Shown in pieces: positions 42,472 to 56,214 of a stretch of 64,000 nt of DNA. Each line of letters starts with the position of its first letter. Within the stretch, counting starts at the first letter, position 1. Source of the DNA: Macrostomum lignano (taxonomy: Eukaryota); assembly GCA_002269645.1 (NCBI GenBank), contig NIVC01000312.1:310001-374000 (forward strand), in the 5' to 3' direction. The translations under genes and the position numbers were made by a program. Below the pieces are notes generated by a model, which was not told the origin of the DNA, did no database searches, and worked only from the letters and a program-made list of their open reading frames with translations.

Positions 42472-43790
42472 TCCACTAAACCGTCACCATGACCGTGTCT
42501 CACCCACTAAACCGTCACCATGACCATGTCTCACCCACTAAACCGTCACCATGACCGTGTCTCACCCACTAAACAGTCACCATGACCGTGTCTCACCCAC
42601 TAAACCGTCACCATGACCATGTCTCACCCACTAAACCGTCACCATGACCGTGTCTCACCCACTAAACCGTCACCATGACCATGTCTCACCCACTAAACCG
42701 TCACCATGACCATGTCTCACCCACTAAACCGTCACCATGACCATGTCTCACCCACTAAACCGTCACCATGACCATGTCTCACCCACTAAACCGTCACCAT
42801 GACCATGTCTCATCCACTAAACCGTCACCATGACCATGTCTCACCCACTAAACCGTCACCATGACCATGTCTCACCCTCTAAACCGTCACCATGACCATG
42901 TCTCACCCACTAAACCGTCACCATGACCATGTCTCACCCTCTAAACCGTCACCATGACCATGTCTCACCCTCTAAACCGTCACCGTGACCATGTCTCACC
43001 CTCTAAACCGTCACCGTGACCATGTCTCACCCTCTAAACCGTCACCATGACCATGTCTCACCCACTAAACCGTCACCATGACCATGTCTCACCCTCTAAA
43101 CCGTCACCATGACCATGTCTCACCCTCTAAACCGTCACCATGACCATGTCTCACCCTCTAAACCGTCACCATGACCATGTCTCACCCTCTAAACCGTCAC
43201 CATGACCATGTCTCACCCTCTAAACCGTCACCATTACCATGTCTCACCCACTAAACCGTCACCATTACCATGTCTCACCCACTAAACCGTCACCATGACC
43301 ATGTCTCACCCTCTAAACCGTCACCATGACCATGTCTCACCCACTAAACCGTCACCATGACCATGTCTCACCCACTAAACCGTCACCATGACCATGTCTC
43401 ACCCACTAAACCGTCACCATGACCATGTCTCACCCTCTAAACCGTCACCATGACCATGTCTCACCCTCTAAACCGTCACCATGACCATGTCTCACCCTCT
43501 AAACCGTCACCATGACCATGTCTCACCCTCTAAACCGTCACCATGACCATGTCTCACCCTCTAAACCGTCACCATTACCATGTCTCACCCACTAAACCGT
43601 CACCATGACCATGTCTCACCCTCTAAACCGTCACCATTACCATGTCTCACCCTCTAAACCGTCACCATTACCATGTCTCACCCTCTAAACCGTCACCATG
43701 ACCATGTCTCACCCTCTAAACCGTCACCATTACCATGTCTCACCCACTAAACCGTCACCATGACCATGTCTCTCACCCACTAAACTATCA
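42472..43790. repeat. Minisatellite, 31 bp (CACTAAACCGTCACCATGACCATGTCTCACC)n
   Basis: Period 31 (42481 to 42512). Confidence 0.97.
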
Positions 43791-44454
43791 CTAATCACCG
43801 ACCATATCCCACCCTAATAACGGCGAATTATTTCTTTTATGAGTACATTTTACTTTTACTTTTGCTTAGAACATAGGACATCATTTTTGGTAGCGAAATA
43901 TTATTCGGTTACAATGTGTACTTTTTCTACACAAGTGCCTATCATCAGAGTTCGTGTCCTCTGCTGCCCCTCAAATCTTGCACACACACACAGAGAGAGA
44001 TGAAAATGCATGTAGAAATTAACTTTGGCTACAGATGAAGAATGTAAGGGAGGGAAAGCCAGCATCAGTAAAGCGGCATCAAATTCGGAAGAATTCGCTT
44101 CCTGCCAAAGTGATGCTCGGGTATAGATTAGGCCATTTTCATTTCAGCCACAGCCAGCAACTGACAATGATGGATGGCGTGTTGCATACAAGCGGTTTGC
44201 AATAATTACTGTTCAGCCTTATCATAAAGAACTGTCTCTAATATTTTGCAGGCGACTAATTCAAGACATGATGTCATTAATTTGGCAACTATCAAGCGGT
44301 GTGGGCGGTGTGGTGTGGCTTCGGACTTGATGATAAAGCACGTTTTGTCGAATATTCTGCCTCTTAAACATAATTTTTCATAAGTTTTTTGCCGGGTTGC
44401 ACAAGTTCAAACAGCTGTGACTTTTCGGATCGGAAAAAGATTGAATACCGATTC

Positions 44455-45320
44455 AAGCGCCAATCGATTTTTGGTGCTTTTATCAATCTATATTTGGGGC
44501 TTATATCAATCGATTTCTTGAGCTTTTATCAATCGATATTTTGAGCTTTTACCAATCAATTTTGGAGCTTTTATTAATCAATATTCGGAGCTGACATCTA
44601 TCGATTTTTGGAGCTTACATCAATCGATTTTTCTTCCTTAAATCAATCGATTTTTGGCGCTTTAGTCAATCGATTTTTGACGTCTTATTCAATCGATTTT
44701 TGACGCTCTAATCAATCGATTTTCGGCGCTTTAGTCAATCGATTTTTTAGCTTTAATCAATCGTTTTTTGGCGATTTTGTCGATTGATTTTTGATCTTTA
44801 ATGAATCAATTTTTGAGGCTCTAATTAATCGATATTTGGAGCTTTAATCTATCGACTTTTTCAAAGCGCTTATATCAATCGATATTTGGAGCTTTTATCA
44901 ATCGATATTTGGACCTTTTATCAATCGATATTTGGAGCTTTTATCAATCGATATTTGGGCCTTTTATCAATCAATTTTTAAGATTTTATCAATCGACATT
45001 TGGAGCTTTTATCAATAGATATCTGGATCTTATGTCAATCGATATTTGGCGCTTAAATCAATCGATTTTTGGCGCCTAAATCAATCGATTTTAGGCGCTT
45101 TAATCAATCGATTTTTTGCGCCTAAACCAATCGATTTTTGGCGCTTTAGTCAATCGATATTTGGAGCTTTTATTAATCGATATTTGGACCTTTTATTAAT
45201 CGATATTTGGAGCTTTTATCAATCGATATTTGGACCTTTTATCAATCAATTTTTAAGCTTTTATCAATAGATATTTGGCACTTTTATCTCGATTTTTGAC
45301 GCTTATATTAATCAATTTTT
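44455..45320. repeat. Degenerate ~23-bp minisatellite (ATCAATCGATATTTGGAGCTTTT)n
   Basis: Direct inspection. Confidence 0.85.
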
Positions 45321-45829
45321 TGCGCTTTATTATTCGGTTTCTGGCGCTTTTATGAAGCAGTTTTGGGTGCTTGTAGCAAATTATTTTAACCATCAATCTC
45401 GTTTTGGAGGTAAGCAGTTCGTTGGTGCCCAACTGTCTGCATGATCCATAATGCTCGTATTCATCTGTCCAACTAAATCGGATTTAAAGAGTTTGTTGCC
45501 CTAATTTCCCTAGAAATCAGATTGCAATAGTAGCGTATAACTTATCTTGCTCATGGTTATTAGCATCTCTAGCCACTCGACTGGCTGGTCATCGCTGATT
45601 AACTCAGTGATGTATCTCTTTCTGCTATTAACGCTTGATGGCTTTGTTTATAATGCAGAAACCGGCTTTCCTGCAGCCCATTAAGTCTTCTTAATCCCAA
45701 TAGCTTATCCAATGTTGCGTTAGCTTTGCTTGATTGCATTTAATCGATTCTAATGCATTTTTTATTGGACTACTTTCTCTGGTCGCTAATGATTTTCTTG
45801 TCCATCTATTCATGTCTGCTCTCCACCTG

Positions 45830-46560
45830 CTGTCTACTGTCTACTGTCTACTGTCTACTATCTACTGTCTACTATCTACTATCTAGTGTCTACTATCTAC
45901 TGTCTACTATCTACTGTCTACTATCTAGTGTCTACTATCTACTGTCTACTATCTACTATCTAGTGTCTACTGTCTACTGTCTACTCTCTAATGTCTACTA
46001 TCTACTATCTACTGTCTACTGTCTACTGTCTACTATCTACTCTCTACTCTCTACTCTCCACCATCTACCATCTACTGTGTACTCTCTAATGTCTACTGTC
46101 TACTCCCTAATATCTACTGTCTACCATCTACTGTCTACTATCTACTCTCTACTCTCTACGTATCTACTATCTACTGTCTACTATCTACTATCTACTGTCT
46201 ACTATCTACTGTCTACTGTCTACTATCTACTGTCTACTATCTACTGTCTACTGTCTACTATCTACTCTCTACTCTCTACGTATCTACTATCTACTGTCTA
46301 CTATCTACTGTCTACTGTCTACTATCTACTGTCTACTGTCTACTATCTACTGTCTACTCTCTAATGTCTACTGTCTACTCTCTACTCTCTACTATCTACT
46401 GTCTACCATCTACTGTCTACTATCTACTCTCTACTCTCTACTATCTACTATTTACTGTGTACTCTCTAATGTCTACTGTCTACTCTCTAATATCTACTGT
46501 CTACCATCTACTGTCTACTATCTACTCTCTACTGTCTACTGACTATATAATGTCTACTTT
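45830..46560. repeat. 7-bp repeat (TCTACTG/TCTACTA)n
   Basis: Direct inspection. Confidence 0.92.
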
Positions 46561-47059
46561 CTTATCAACCCTCATGCAGCAATTTGATGTAATTCTATTA
46601 CCCTATTACGAACCTATTTGGAGCAAATGCTTCGCCTGTTGAGAAAACTCAGCTGTACTCAATTCATTATCCATTTCGATCCCTGAACCTAAGCATTTCC
46701 CTCACTTTGCTAGGAGAGCCGAGTCGAGAACGCACTGACACTACTAAGGATAGAAATACATGGCCTTAGCTTGCAGGAAAAAGTGAGTCAAGGGGAACGA
46801 AAATCAACAAACGGAGCAGAGCCTCACGCCCCCAAAATACATTGAATTACTTTTTATTATAGGCGTTAGAGGAAAACGGAGCGTGCGATGCTCTTAATGC
46901 TATAAGCCCCCTCCCTGGCTTGTGCCGGCAAAGAATTCTCATTTCCTCTTTTCTCCCATTTCTCCCCCCCCCCTCGACGTCCCTCGCTCTCCTCCTTCCT
47001 TCTACCCATTCTGCGCTCCGCGGCGGCCCCTGCACAGTAATTTCCTACTCTCCCTAGTC

Positions 47060-47066
47060 TATAAAA
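47060..47066 (+). promoter_or_regulatory. Possible TATA box of the LRR gene
   Basis: TATAAAA about 360 bp upstream of ATG 47421; a 5' UTR intron may intervene. Confidence 0.3.
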
Positions 47067-47420
47067 AACAGGCCGTGGCCATATTTGGTCCGGCTTAGCC
47101 AATCGGACGGCCCCCTGCTGCAGGTCCAGTGTACAAGCGCAGCGTCATAGCTCGTGTTTAGCCTTGCAACCCTATGAGTGTACGTGCGCGCAGCTCTTTA
47201 ACAAGACGTCGATGACAATCGGCTCTTGGCCAACTCCTCTCCCTGCATGTCTGTCTGTCTGTCCGCTTCTCTCCCCCTCCCTCACCGCGCTCACTTCCTG
47301 GACTGGTTAACCCTTAATATACAGCATTGCTAGTGAGCCAGTTTGGCTTGGGAGAAACCAACTCCTTTGTTCGATATTTGTTCTCGCACGCAGTGGAGCA
47401 GCATCCTTAGAGACACAGAA

Positions 47421-49997
47421 ATGCAACTTCTATCATTGCTGCAACTACTGCAGTTGTTTCTGCTTAATCAGCTCACCAGTGGCTTTGCTGACCAGCCGGT
47501 GGTGACATGCGTTTGCCAGACTCGACCGAGTGCTCAAGCAGCTCGAGAGTTGTCCTGTCACAACTGGAGTCCGGCTTTGAACTTCGGCCTCGGCCAGCAG
47601 CAGCAGCAGCAGCAACTGACGGGGCCGACCTTCGTCTGTCGGGGCTACGAGCTGTCCGCGCCAGGTTTTAACATCGGAGCAATCGAAGGTGAACTCGGCC
47701 TCGGCTTGACAATCGGACCGGCGCTGATGAAGCTGGACCTCAGCTCCAACCAGCTGTCCGTGCTCGACCAGCCTCACTTTGCCTCGCTGCCGAACCTGCA
47801 CCGGCTTGAGCTGGGCTCCAACCGGATCAGGTTGATCTCGCACCGGCTGTTTGACGGTCTCAAGCAGCTCATCTTTCTGGACTTGGACAACAACCAGCTG
47901 CCTGAGGTTACTCAGGCCACATTCGGGTCTCAGCGAGTGTTCAGCCCTGGCAACCAGTGCAACCTGCGCTCGCTGCTCTACCTCTACTTGGCTAACAATC
48001 GCATCGAACACGTCGATCCCAACAGTTTTGATTGCATGTCCCGGCTCAAGGTGCTCAACTTGCAGCGCAATCTAATTAAGGTGCTGCCGGAATCCACCTT
48101 CTCCGGTCTCAGCTCCATCACTAGCCTGAAACTGTATGCTAACCGCATTGACACGGTGCGGGACTCCGCATTCAGCCAGTGCTGCCGGGAGCTGAGATAC
48201 CTCAGCTTAGTTGACAATCGAATCTCCCATCTGTCGCGCACGATTTTCAACTTCATGGGCAATTTGACTTCGCTCTACCTAGACCGGAACCAGTTCGTCC
48301 AGGTGCCAACCTACCTGCTGGCCTACGCAGCCGGCCTCGGGCCAGCCAGCCTCTCCGACGTCCATATTCAGCGCAACCATATCGTGCGCATCCGGAAGAA
48401 CGACTTCCGGGACGCTGGAAAGATCGACGCTCTGAACTTGTTCGACAACAGCATCCAGCGCATCGAGGACTACAGCTTCGCCAGCCTGTCCTGGACAAGA
48501 AGCCTCGTCCTACAGAAGAACGAACTTCGCACAATCAACAACCGAACGCTAGCTGGCTTGTCCAACCTTCGCTATCTGGTACTCACGCAGAACCACATCG
48601 AATTCGTGGAAGACTACGCGTTCACTCCGCTGGTCCGCTTGGACACTCTTTCAATAGCGTCGAATCGTCTTACGGAAGTTCGTCAGCTAATGTTCGTCGG
48701 ACTAAATCACACCTTCTCGTTGAACCTGGCGTCCAACTATATCCAATCGCTGCGCGGGGACGAGTTCCAGCTGTTGCCGAGCCTGCGCTATCTGTACCTA
48801 GAGAAAAATCAGCTGATGCAAGTCAGGCGCGGCTACTTTTCGGGTCTCACCGGTCTGCGCAAGTTGGACCTCAGCGACAACCACTTGAACGAGCTGGAGA
48901 CTCAAGCCTTTGCCGATCTCGATGAGCTAGCCTTTCTTGATCTCAGTGGAAACAACTTGGAGACCGTTTGCTCCGCCAGTCTTCAGGGCCTACGGAGCCT
49001 ACAGTCTTTGTTCCTATCGAAGAACCGTATCGATGCACTGGACCCAACACTGCTAGCCAGTCTTTCCGCGTTGAGCGTGCTCGACCTTCGAGACAACCGC
49101 CTGGCCGAGTTCTCCATCAACTGGCCGCTGCCATCCGCAGCAGTGGCCCAAGCTCGTCCCGGCCAGGCGCTGACCCACCTCGACCTCGGCGGGAACAGAC
49201 TTCGTCTGACCGACACCGACGGTTGCGGCTTCTGCGGCCTCGACTCGGTCCGTTTCGCCAGCCTGGGCGTCGAGCCGAGCAGCGTCGCTCAGCTGACTGC
49301 CGACAGTCTGCGTGGCCTCGGTGGGCCCGCGCTCGACCTCATCATCAACGAGAAACAGTGGCCACCGGCTGCAACGGCCGCTGCGGCCTCCACGGCAGCC
49401 GAGTGTCGAGTCGCTTGCAAATCGCGGCAGCAGCTGCAGCAGCTACCGAAGGAGCTGACCGACAGAGCCTGCCGGTCTAGACTCGGCCAAGGTCGAAGCA
49501 ACGTCGCTGGCGCCGCGGACGCCACCTTCGGCACCGCAGCTGCAGGCGGCGGCAGCTTCGCTCGCCTGATGCTCTACGTGTCTCTGCCGGCCCTGCTGCT
49601 GCTGATCCTGGCCGTGGCCTCCGTCAGCGGATTCTATCTGATGGCACGTCGTCGTCGACGTCAGCGAAGCGCCGCCGCAACAAGAGCAGCGGCAGCGGCG
49701 TCTGGTGGTTACCATGTCGACCAGCAGCAGTTGCAGCATCTGGGCATGCAGAGCGTGCTGGGCCAGCAGCAGCAACAGCTTGCTGGGCCTCCACTGTTGC
49801 CGCAGTCTCAGTCGCAGCAGCACCTGCAGATGCGACATCACGGTCATCACCAGCATCACCATCTGCAGCAGCAGCCGCAGCCCGGAATGTCAGCCTACGA
49901 CACTGAGCCAAGCCTATTGGAGATGAGCATGGAGCTGACGCCATCAAATTCCGACGTGAAGTTCAATAACAAAGTGTATGGCAATTTGCTTTCGTGA
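47421..49997 (+). CDS. Intronless leucine-rich-repeat single-pass receptor-like protein, 858 aa, no TIR domain
   Basis: One uninterrupted ORF. Signal peptide MQLLSLLQLLQLFLL, about 20 LxxLxLxxN repeats, TM LMLYVSLPALLLLILAVASVSGFYLM followed by RRRRR, Q/H-rich tail ending NKVYGNLLS. The ORF track's 47343 start is an upstream TTG; the first ATG is at 47421. Confidence 0.88.
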   Translation: MQLLSLLQLLQLFLLNQLTSGFADQPVVTCVCQTRPSAQAARELSCHNWSPALNFGLGQQQQQQQLTGPTFVCRGYELSAPGFNIGAIEGELGLGLTIGPALMKLDLSSNQLSVLDQPHFASLPNLHRLELGSNRIRLISHRLFDGLKQLIFLDLDNNQLPEVTQATFGSQRVFSPGNQCNLRSLLYLYLANNRIEHVDPNSFDCMSRLKVLNLQRNLIKVLPESTFSGLSSITSLKLYANRIDTVRDSAFSQCCRELRYLSLVDNRISHLSRTIFNFMGNLTSLYLDRNQFVQVPTYLLAYAAGLGPASLSDVHIQRNHIVRIRKNDFRDAGKIDALNLFDNSIQRIEDYSFASLSWTRSLVLQKNELRTINNRTLAGLSNLRYLVLTQNHIEFVEDYAFTPLVRLDTLSIASNRLTEVRQLMFVGLNHTFSLNLASNYIQSLRGDEFQLLPSLRYLYLEKNQLMQVRRGYFSGLTGLRKLDLSDNHLNELETQAFADLDELAFLDLSGNNLETVCSASLQGLRSLQSLFLSKNRIDALDPTLLASLSALSVLDLRDNRLAEFSINWPLPSAAVAQARPGQALTHLDLGGNRLRLTDTDGCGFCGLDSVRFASLGVEPSSVAQLTADSLRGLGGPALDLIINEKQWPPAATAAAASTAAECRVACKSRQQLQQLPKELTDRACRSRLGQGRSNVAGAADATFGTAAAGGGSFARLMLYVSLPALLLLILAVASVSGFYLMARRRRRQRSAAATRAAAAASGGYHVDQQQLQHLGMQSVLGQQQQQLAGPPLLPQSQSQQHLQMRHHGHHQHHHLQQQPQPGMSAYDTEPSLLEMSMELTPSNSDVKFNNKVYGNLLS

Positions 49998-51329
49998 AAT
50001 AGTTTGATTTCTTCGTGTCAAATAAGTGAAATTTGGCAAAAACTGCTTCGTACTTTTACTTTTAATCCAATCCAATGATAAACTATTGTAATTAGCATCT
50101 TGCATCTTCTTCTCTTGCCACTAAGTTTGATCTATAACTTGTTTCTCTAACGACACTCAGTTGTTTTTTATTTTACGCGAAATAGTTCAACAAAACCTGC
50201 TTCACCCATTGAAAATGGTACCGTGACAAAAAACCACCGGAGTCTCATCGCAAAAAACTTGCTAGCATCTCTAGGGCAACTCTTGTGACTCGAGCGTCTC
50301 TGCAATGGGACGGGAGGCGACTGTTGAATCACAAGCGCATCAAGTGAGCTGCAGAATCCTAAAAGAGTTGCGAAAAAAAGTCATCCAAGAGTCGTTGTTT
50401 GAGCGCTTGACTTTCTACTGATTTAAGTAGCCTAAATGGATATACCCCAGAGTCACTTACGTCGATTCAGAGAAGAAAATAAAACGCCTCAGACGACCAA
50501 TGTCAAAAGGCGTCGTCGTCATAAGATCTTGTTAAAGCCCCAGTTGATGTAATCTGCTTCTTTTTTAAAGCCATCCTTCTTCTTTTGCCTGCATCTTCTA
50601 TTGGTCCTCTTGCTGGCCTAATTGAGAGGGTTAGTAAAGAAATCAAGGAGTTATTACCTCACCAAACCAATCATCCTTCCAGTTGGAAAGTCTGCAAGCC
50701 TAATTATTATTTAACTCATTAATTCAGTCTGCCAGTTTGGTTTTTCACCATTACTTGCTGTACAATTGTGATTTTTTTTGTTAGAATGGCTTTATTCTGC
50801 ATAAATTACATGTACCGTATAACACACGATTGACCCCTGTCTGTTTGTAAAACGTATACAATGTCTAATCATTTTCCCTAATATGTTGGAATAAGTATGC
50901 AAAAAGCAATGCTAACTATATAAATGCTGTTTGTTGAAATCTTGTGTAAGTTTTTTTGCTGTTATTTAATTATTAATCACGATTCTATTTGCCATTGAGA
51001 TGCCAATTAAAGTACATAAAAATTCATTGAATTGGGTGAATTTAAATTTTGAGATTAGTCTTGATTTCTGCTTTTTTATGTCAAAAAACTGACTGGTTGT
51101 TTGAGTTCAATTGCAACTACGAATTACTCGTAAAAAACATGTATAAGTTTTTGGCGATGCATTCTACTATTTAAAAAAACTGATTCAATAAGAGTTTCTA
51201 AACCAAAAAAGCAAAAGAAATAAAAAACCACCCGGTTAGTATGCGACACGCATTATTGACGCCTTTGCAAAAGCACCGGAAAGCAGTTTGGACAAACTGA
51301 AAGCGTTTCTGACAACTGGGGGAACTTTG

Positions 51330-52050
51330 GTCGAACCGGAAGCAATTTGGTGAAACTGGAAGCAAGTTGGTGAAACTGGAAGCAAGTTGGTGAAACTGGA
51401 AGCAAGTTGGTCAGAACCGGAAGCAAGTTGGTTTGGAACCGGAAGCAAGTTGGTAGAACTGGAAGCAAGTTGGTTTGGAACCGGAAGCAAGTTGGTAGAA
51501 CTGGAAGCAAGTTGGTTTGGAACCGGAAGCAAGTTGGTTTGGAACCGGAAGCAAGTTGGTAGAACTGGAAGCAAGTTGGTGGAACTGGAAGCAAGTTGGT
51601 GGTACTTGAAGCAAGTTGGTGGAACTGGAAGCAAGTTGGTGGAACTGGAAGCAAGTTGGTCAGAACCGGAAGCAAGTTGGTTTGGAACCGGAAGCAAGTT
51701 GGTCAGAACCGGAAGCAAGTTGGTTTGGAACCGGAAGCAAGTTGTTTTGGAACCGGAAGCAAGTTGGTCAGAACCGGAAGCAAGTTGGTCAGAACCGGAA
51801 GCAAGTTGGTGAGAACCGGAAGCAAGTTGGTTTGGAACCGGAAGCAAGTTGGTTTGGAACCGGAAGCAAGTTGATCAGAACCGGAAGCAAGTTGGTCGGA
51901 ACCGGAAGCAAGTTGGTTTGGAACCGGAAGCCTGTTGGTCGGAACCGCGAAGCAAGTTGGTTTGGAACCGGAAGCAAGTTGGTCAGAACCGGAAGCAAGT
52001 TGGTCGGAACCGGAAGCAAGTTGGTAGAACGGAAGTTAACTGAACCGGAA
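51330..52050. repeat. Minisatellite (GAACCGGAAGCAAGTTGGT)n variants
   Basis: Direct inspection. Confidence 0.93.
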
Positions 52051-52431
52051 CCGTAACGGGACCTCTGTCACCCTCAATGTAAAGAGGACTTCTTTATTTT
52101 TTACTAAAGTTTCTTTCTTAAGAAAATACCGGACCTTGCGCTTCGTCAAAGCAACCAAATGAAAGTTTGTTACTAAGAGCCAGTTCGAGCTTTTATTTAA
52201 TGAAAATTATTCGTTATAAAAATATTTATTTCTCATTTGGCAACTATACGCTAAAAACAAAATTTCAATAGAATTCTTAAAAGAAATTAATACTGAACAG
52301 CATATTATATACTACTGCTGGGGCACATGCACGGCCTTGCTGAAATTTCCTGCAGTGAATTTGAGCAAGAGCAAGTATATGTTACCTTATAATCTAGTAT
52401 TCTAAAAATAAAAATCTTGGTTGCCTGCTTG

Positions 52432-52527
52432 TCCATATACTAAAAATATTTTTTGGTAGGTATGTGTTCGATTTCAGAAAAAATGGCTCAACCGATTTTC
52501 TTTAAACTTGCACCACTCGATCAGAAA
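52432..52527 (-). mobile_element. Conserved end of a dispersed non-autonomous element (family B copy 2)
   Basis: Plus strand TCCATATACTAAAAA...GATTTCAGAAAAAATGGCTCAACCGATTTTCTTTAAACTTGCACCACTCGATCAGAAA is the reverse complement of 2680-2777 with a few substitutions. Confidence 0.6.
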
Positions 52528-52599
52528 CTCTTGTTTTTCTATATAACTCATAGTTTATCTTCCATGGCTCATGTAGTTATCCTTTTTGACTAATGATCA

Positions 52600-52850
52600 T
52601 TCTTAGCTATGGCTCATAATAATCTTTTATGACTCATAATCATTCTCAATGACTCACAATTACATGTATCTGCTATGACTCATAATCCTTCTCTATGACT
52701 CACAATTATCTGCTATGACTCATAATCATTCTCTATGACTCACAATTATCTGTTATGACTCATAATTCTTCTCTATGACTCTAAATTATCTTTTATGACT
52801 CATAATCCTTCTCTATGACTCTCAATTATCTTTATGACCCACACAACTAT
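52600..52850. repeat. Degenerate (TATGACTCATAATC..)n minisatellite
   Basis: Direct inspection. Confidence 0.75.
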
Positions 52851-52997
52851 CCATGATTTTAAGCCATACCCCTTTGCTAAATAAGGAGCTCAAGAGACAG
52901 TAACAACAGAGTAAGCATTTATCTGATTATTATCGAACTTCAAATAGTACGGCCACGAATTCCAGAAATTATGCAACTCATAAATCCATTTGTCCAA

Positions 52998-54219
<1,222 letters not shown>

Positions 54220-56214
54220 GGTTAATTCAGCGTAATAATGGGGAGTTGATCCGTGCAATGCATATGTATTATTCAGAAATTCGTTCAGTGAAGCTTTTTA
54301 ACTACAGTTTATATGCTAGGCCTTATAGTGATGCCTTAATTGTTTATTAACATGGCCAAATATTTGATTTAAGTTGTACGGTCGTAAGTCTCTTACCAAT
54401 GCATATAAATAAAATAATATCACTCCGACCCTTGCGCATTGCACTACGCAAAATAAATACATGCATTTATATATAGTTCAGCTATAATGAACGTGTTTTA
54501 AATGGTGACTAAAGTTACAGCACATGTATCTTGATACACATATCGTCATGTATATATTGAAATGGACATGCAAAATTAGATCAGTGGAAAAGATAAAAAG
54601 AAGATACACTGTGTTGAATATTGTATACAGCAGGTGGTTCTACACGCATGGAACACATGTACATGTGTAGCTCAATGTGCAGGAAGCGGATAGACAGATT
54701 CAAAGACTCGTCCAAGGACCACTAGAAGTTACCGTTGTACCAGGACGCAACACTCGTAAATATTGCAAAATTATTTGAAGGCCCGCTTGTTTGCACGTAT
54801 TTATCGGTACTTGCATTCAAAAAAGCTTCTACTCGACTTGAGTCGACTGTTTTAAAGAAGCATGCACTACATTTGAGCCTCAGAAGCTTCATATAATATG
54901 TGTATTTATAGTTTATTTAGGCTGTAATCTAGATATTTTGAGTAACTATATCAGTTACTTCTCAGTGGTCCTTGGACTCGTCTCGTCCCAGCTCGAATGA
55001 TCAAGGGGGAGACGAGCATGTTATAATACTGTACAGCGGAAAAGCGCGCGGATAATTAGTATAAGCAACATCAAAATACACAGCCCCCTGTAGTACATCG
55101 GAGACAATGTCAGCTGGTGCGCCCAGCTAGCTGATGCAGCAGTCCGACCACGTGTCTCCCGGGTGCTTGCTTGATCCCGCGCCTGAACAGCTTAATGTGG
55201 TTCTCAAGGGCATTAATTGCATTAGTAGACCCTGGCCACGAAATTTAGCCCCAAATCAATGCACTCACTGATCGTTCATCTTCATTGATATACACTATTC
55301 ATAAGCAGGTGTTGTATGTTTACATGTACATTTTAAATTTCCTTACGACCGGGACATGGGTATTTACAAAAAATATTTAAGTTTTCAGTATTTTCAATAA
55401 AAAATTAAGATTCGATAATTGAGACCAGGAAAAACACGTGCATGTAAAAATCATCATTGACAGTACAATTTTTTATGTTGCTCTAAAAATTTTAGTATCT
55501 CTGATAAAAAAATAAACCACTTTTTATAAATTTAAATGCGCTTTGCTTACGCATACGCGGTACATACTGTCATGTAATATAACAATATAAGGCGGAGCGG
55601 AGCGGAGCGTGTATGATACAGCTTACTATGGATTGGGTTGCTTGATGAAGGCATAATAAATTAAACAGATTCTATTTTTGTTTCATGAATAAATATATGC
55701 AGTTACATACACATGTAGTTTTCTGCATTTTACTGATTTTAATTGATATAATTACATGTAAGAACGAAATAAGAACAAGAACGAAATAAGAATAAAAATA
55801 GGAATAAGAACGAAAACCAAATTCTTCATTTACGTTCAGGAAATCGAACAATTTTATCTTTTAGAATTTTATCGAAAAGTTTTATCTTAATTGGCTACAG
55901 ATTTTTCCACTCAAACAGTTGGACTCATGATCATAAAAAATTATTTTTCCATTTGACGAATGTACGGCACCGGACGGTCGTTTAAACATTAAAACAAAAC
56001 TTAAAAAATAGTACAGTCTAGTTTATAAAAAAAATGTAAACCATTTGGAAAAAAACGTGCCTCCTATACAGAAACAATAATAAAATAAAAATAATTCGCG
56101 CTATTTAAAGCAGCCAGTTGAAAAAGAATGCTATATTTTTTAACTTAGTCTGATCTGCTAATTTCTTGTTCTTTTGACACGAAAGTGATACATATTGGCG
56201 ATAGTATATTTTCA

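Noticed and set aside
47343-47420. N-terminal extension of the LRR ORF from TTG 47343
   Set aside because: Non-ATG start; the signal peptide begins at ATG 47421.
55100-55160. Hammerhead ribozyme
   Set aside because: The core is CTGATGC rather than CTGANGA, and no GAAA follows stem II.
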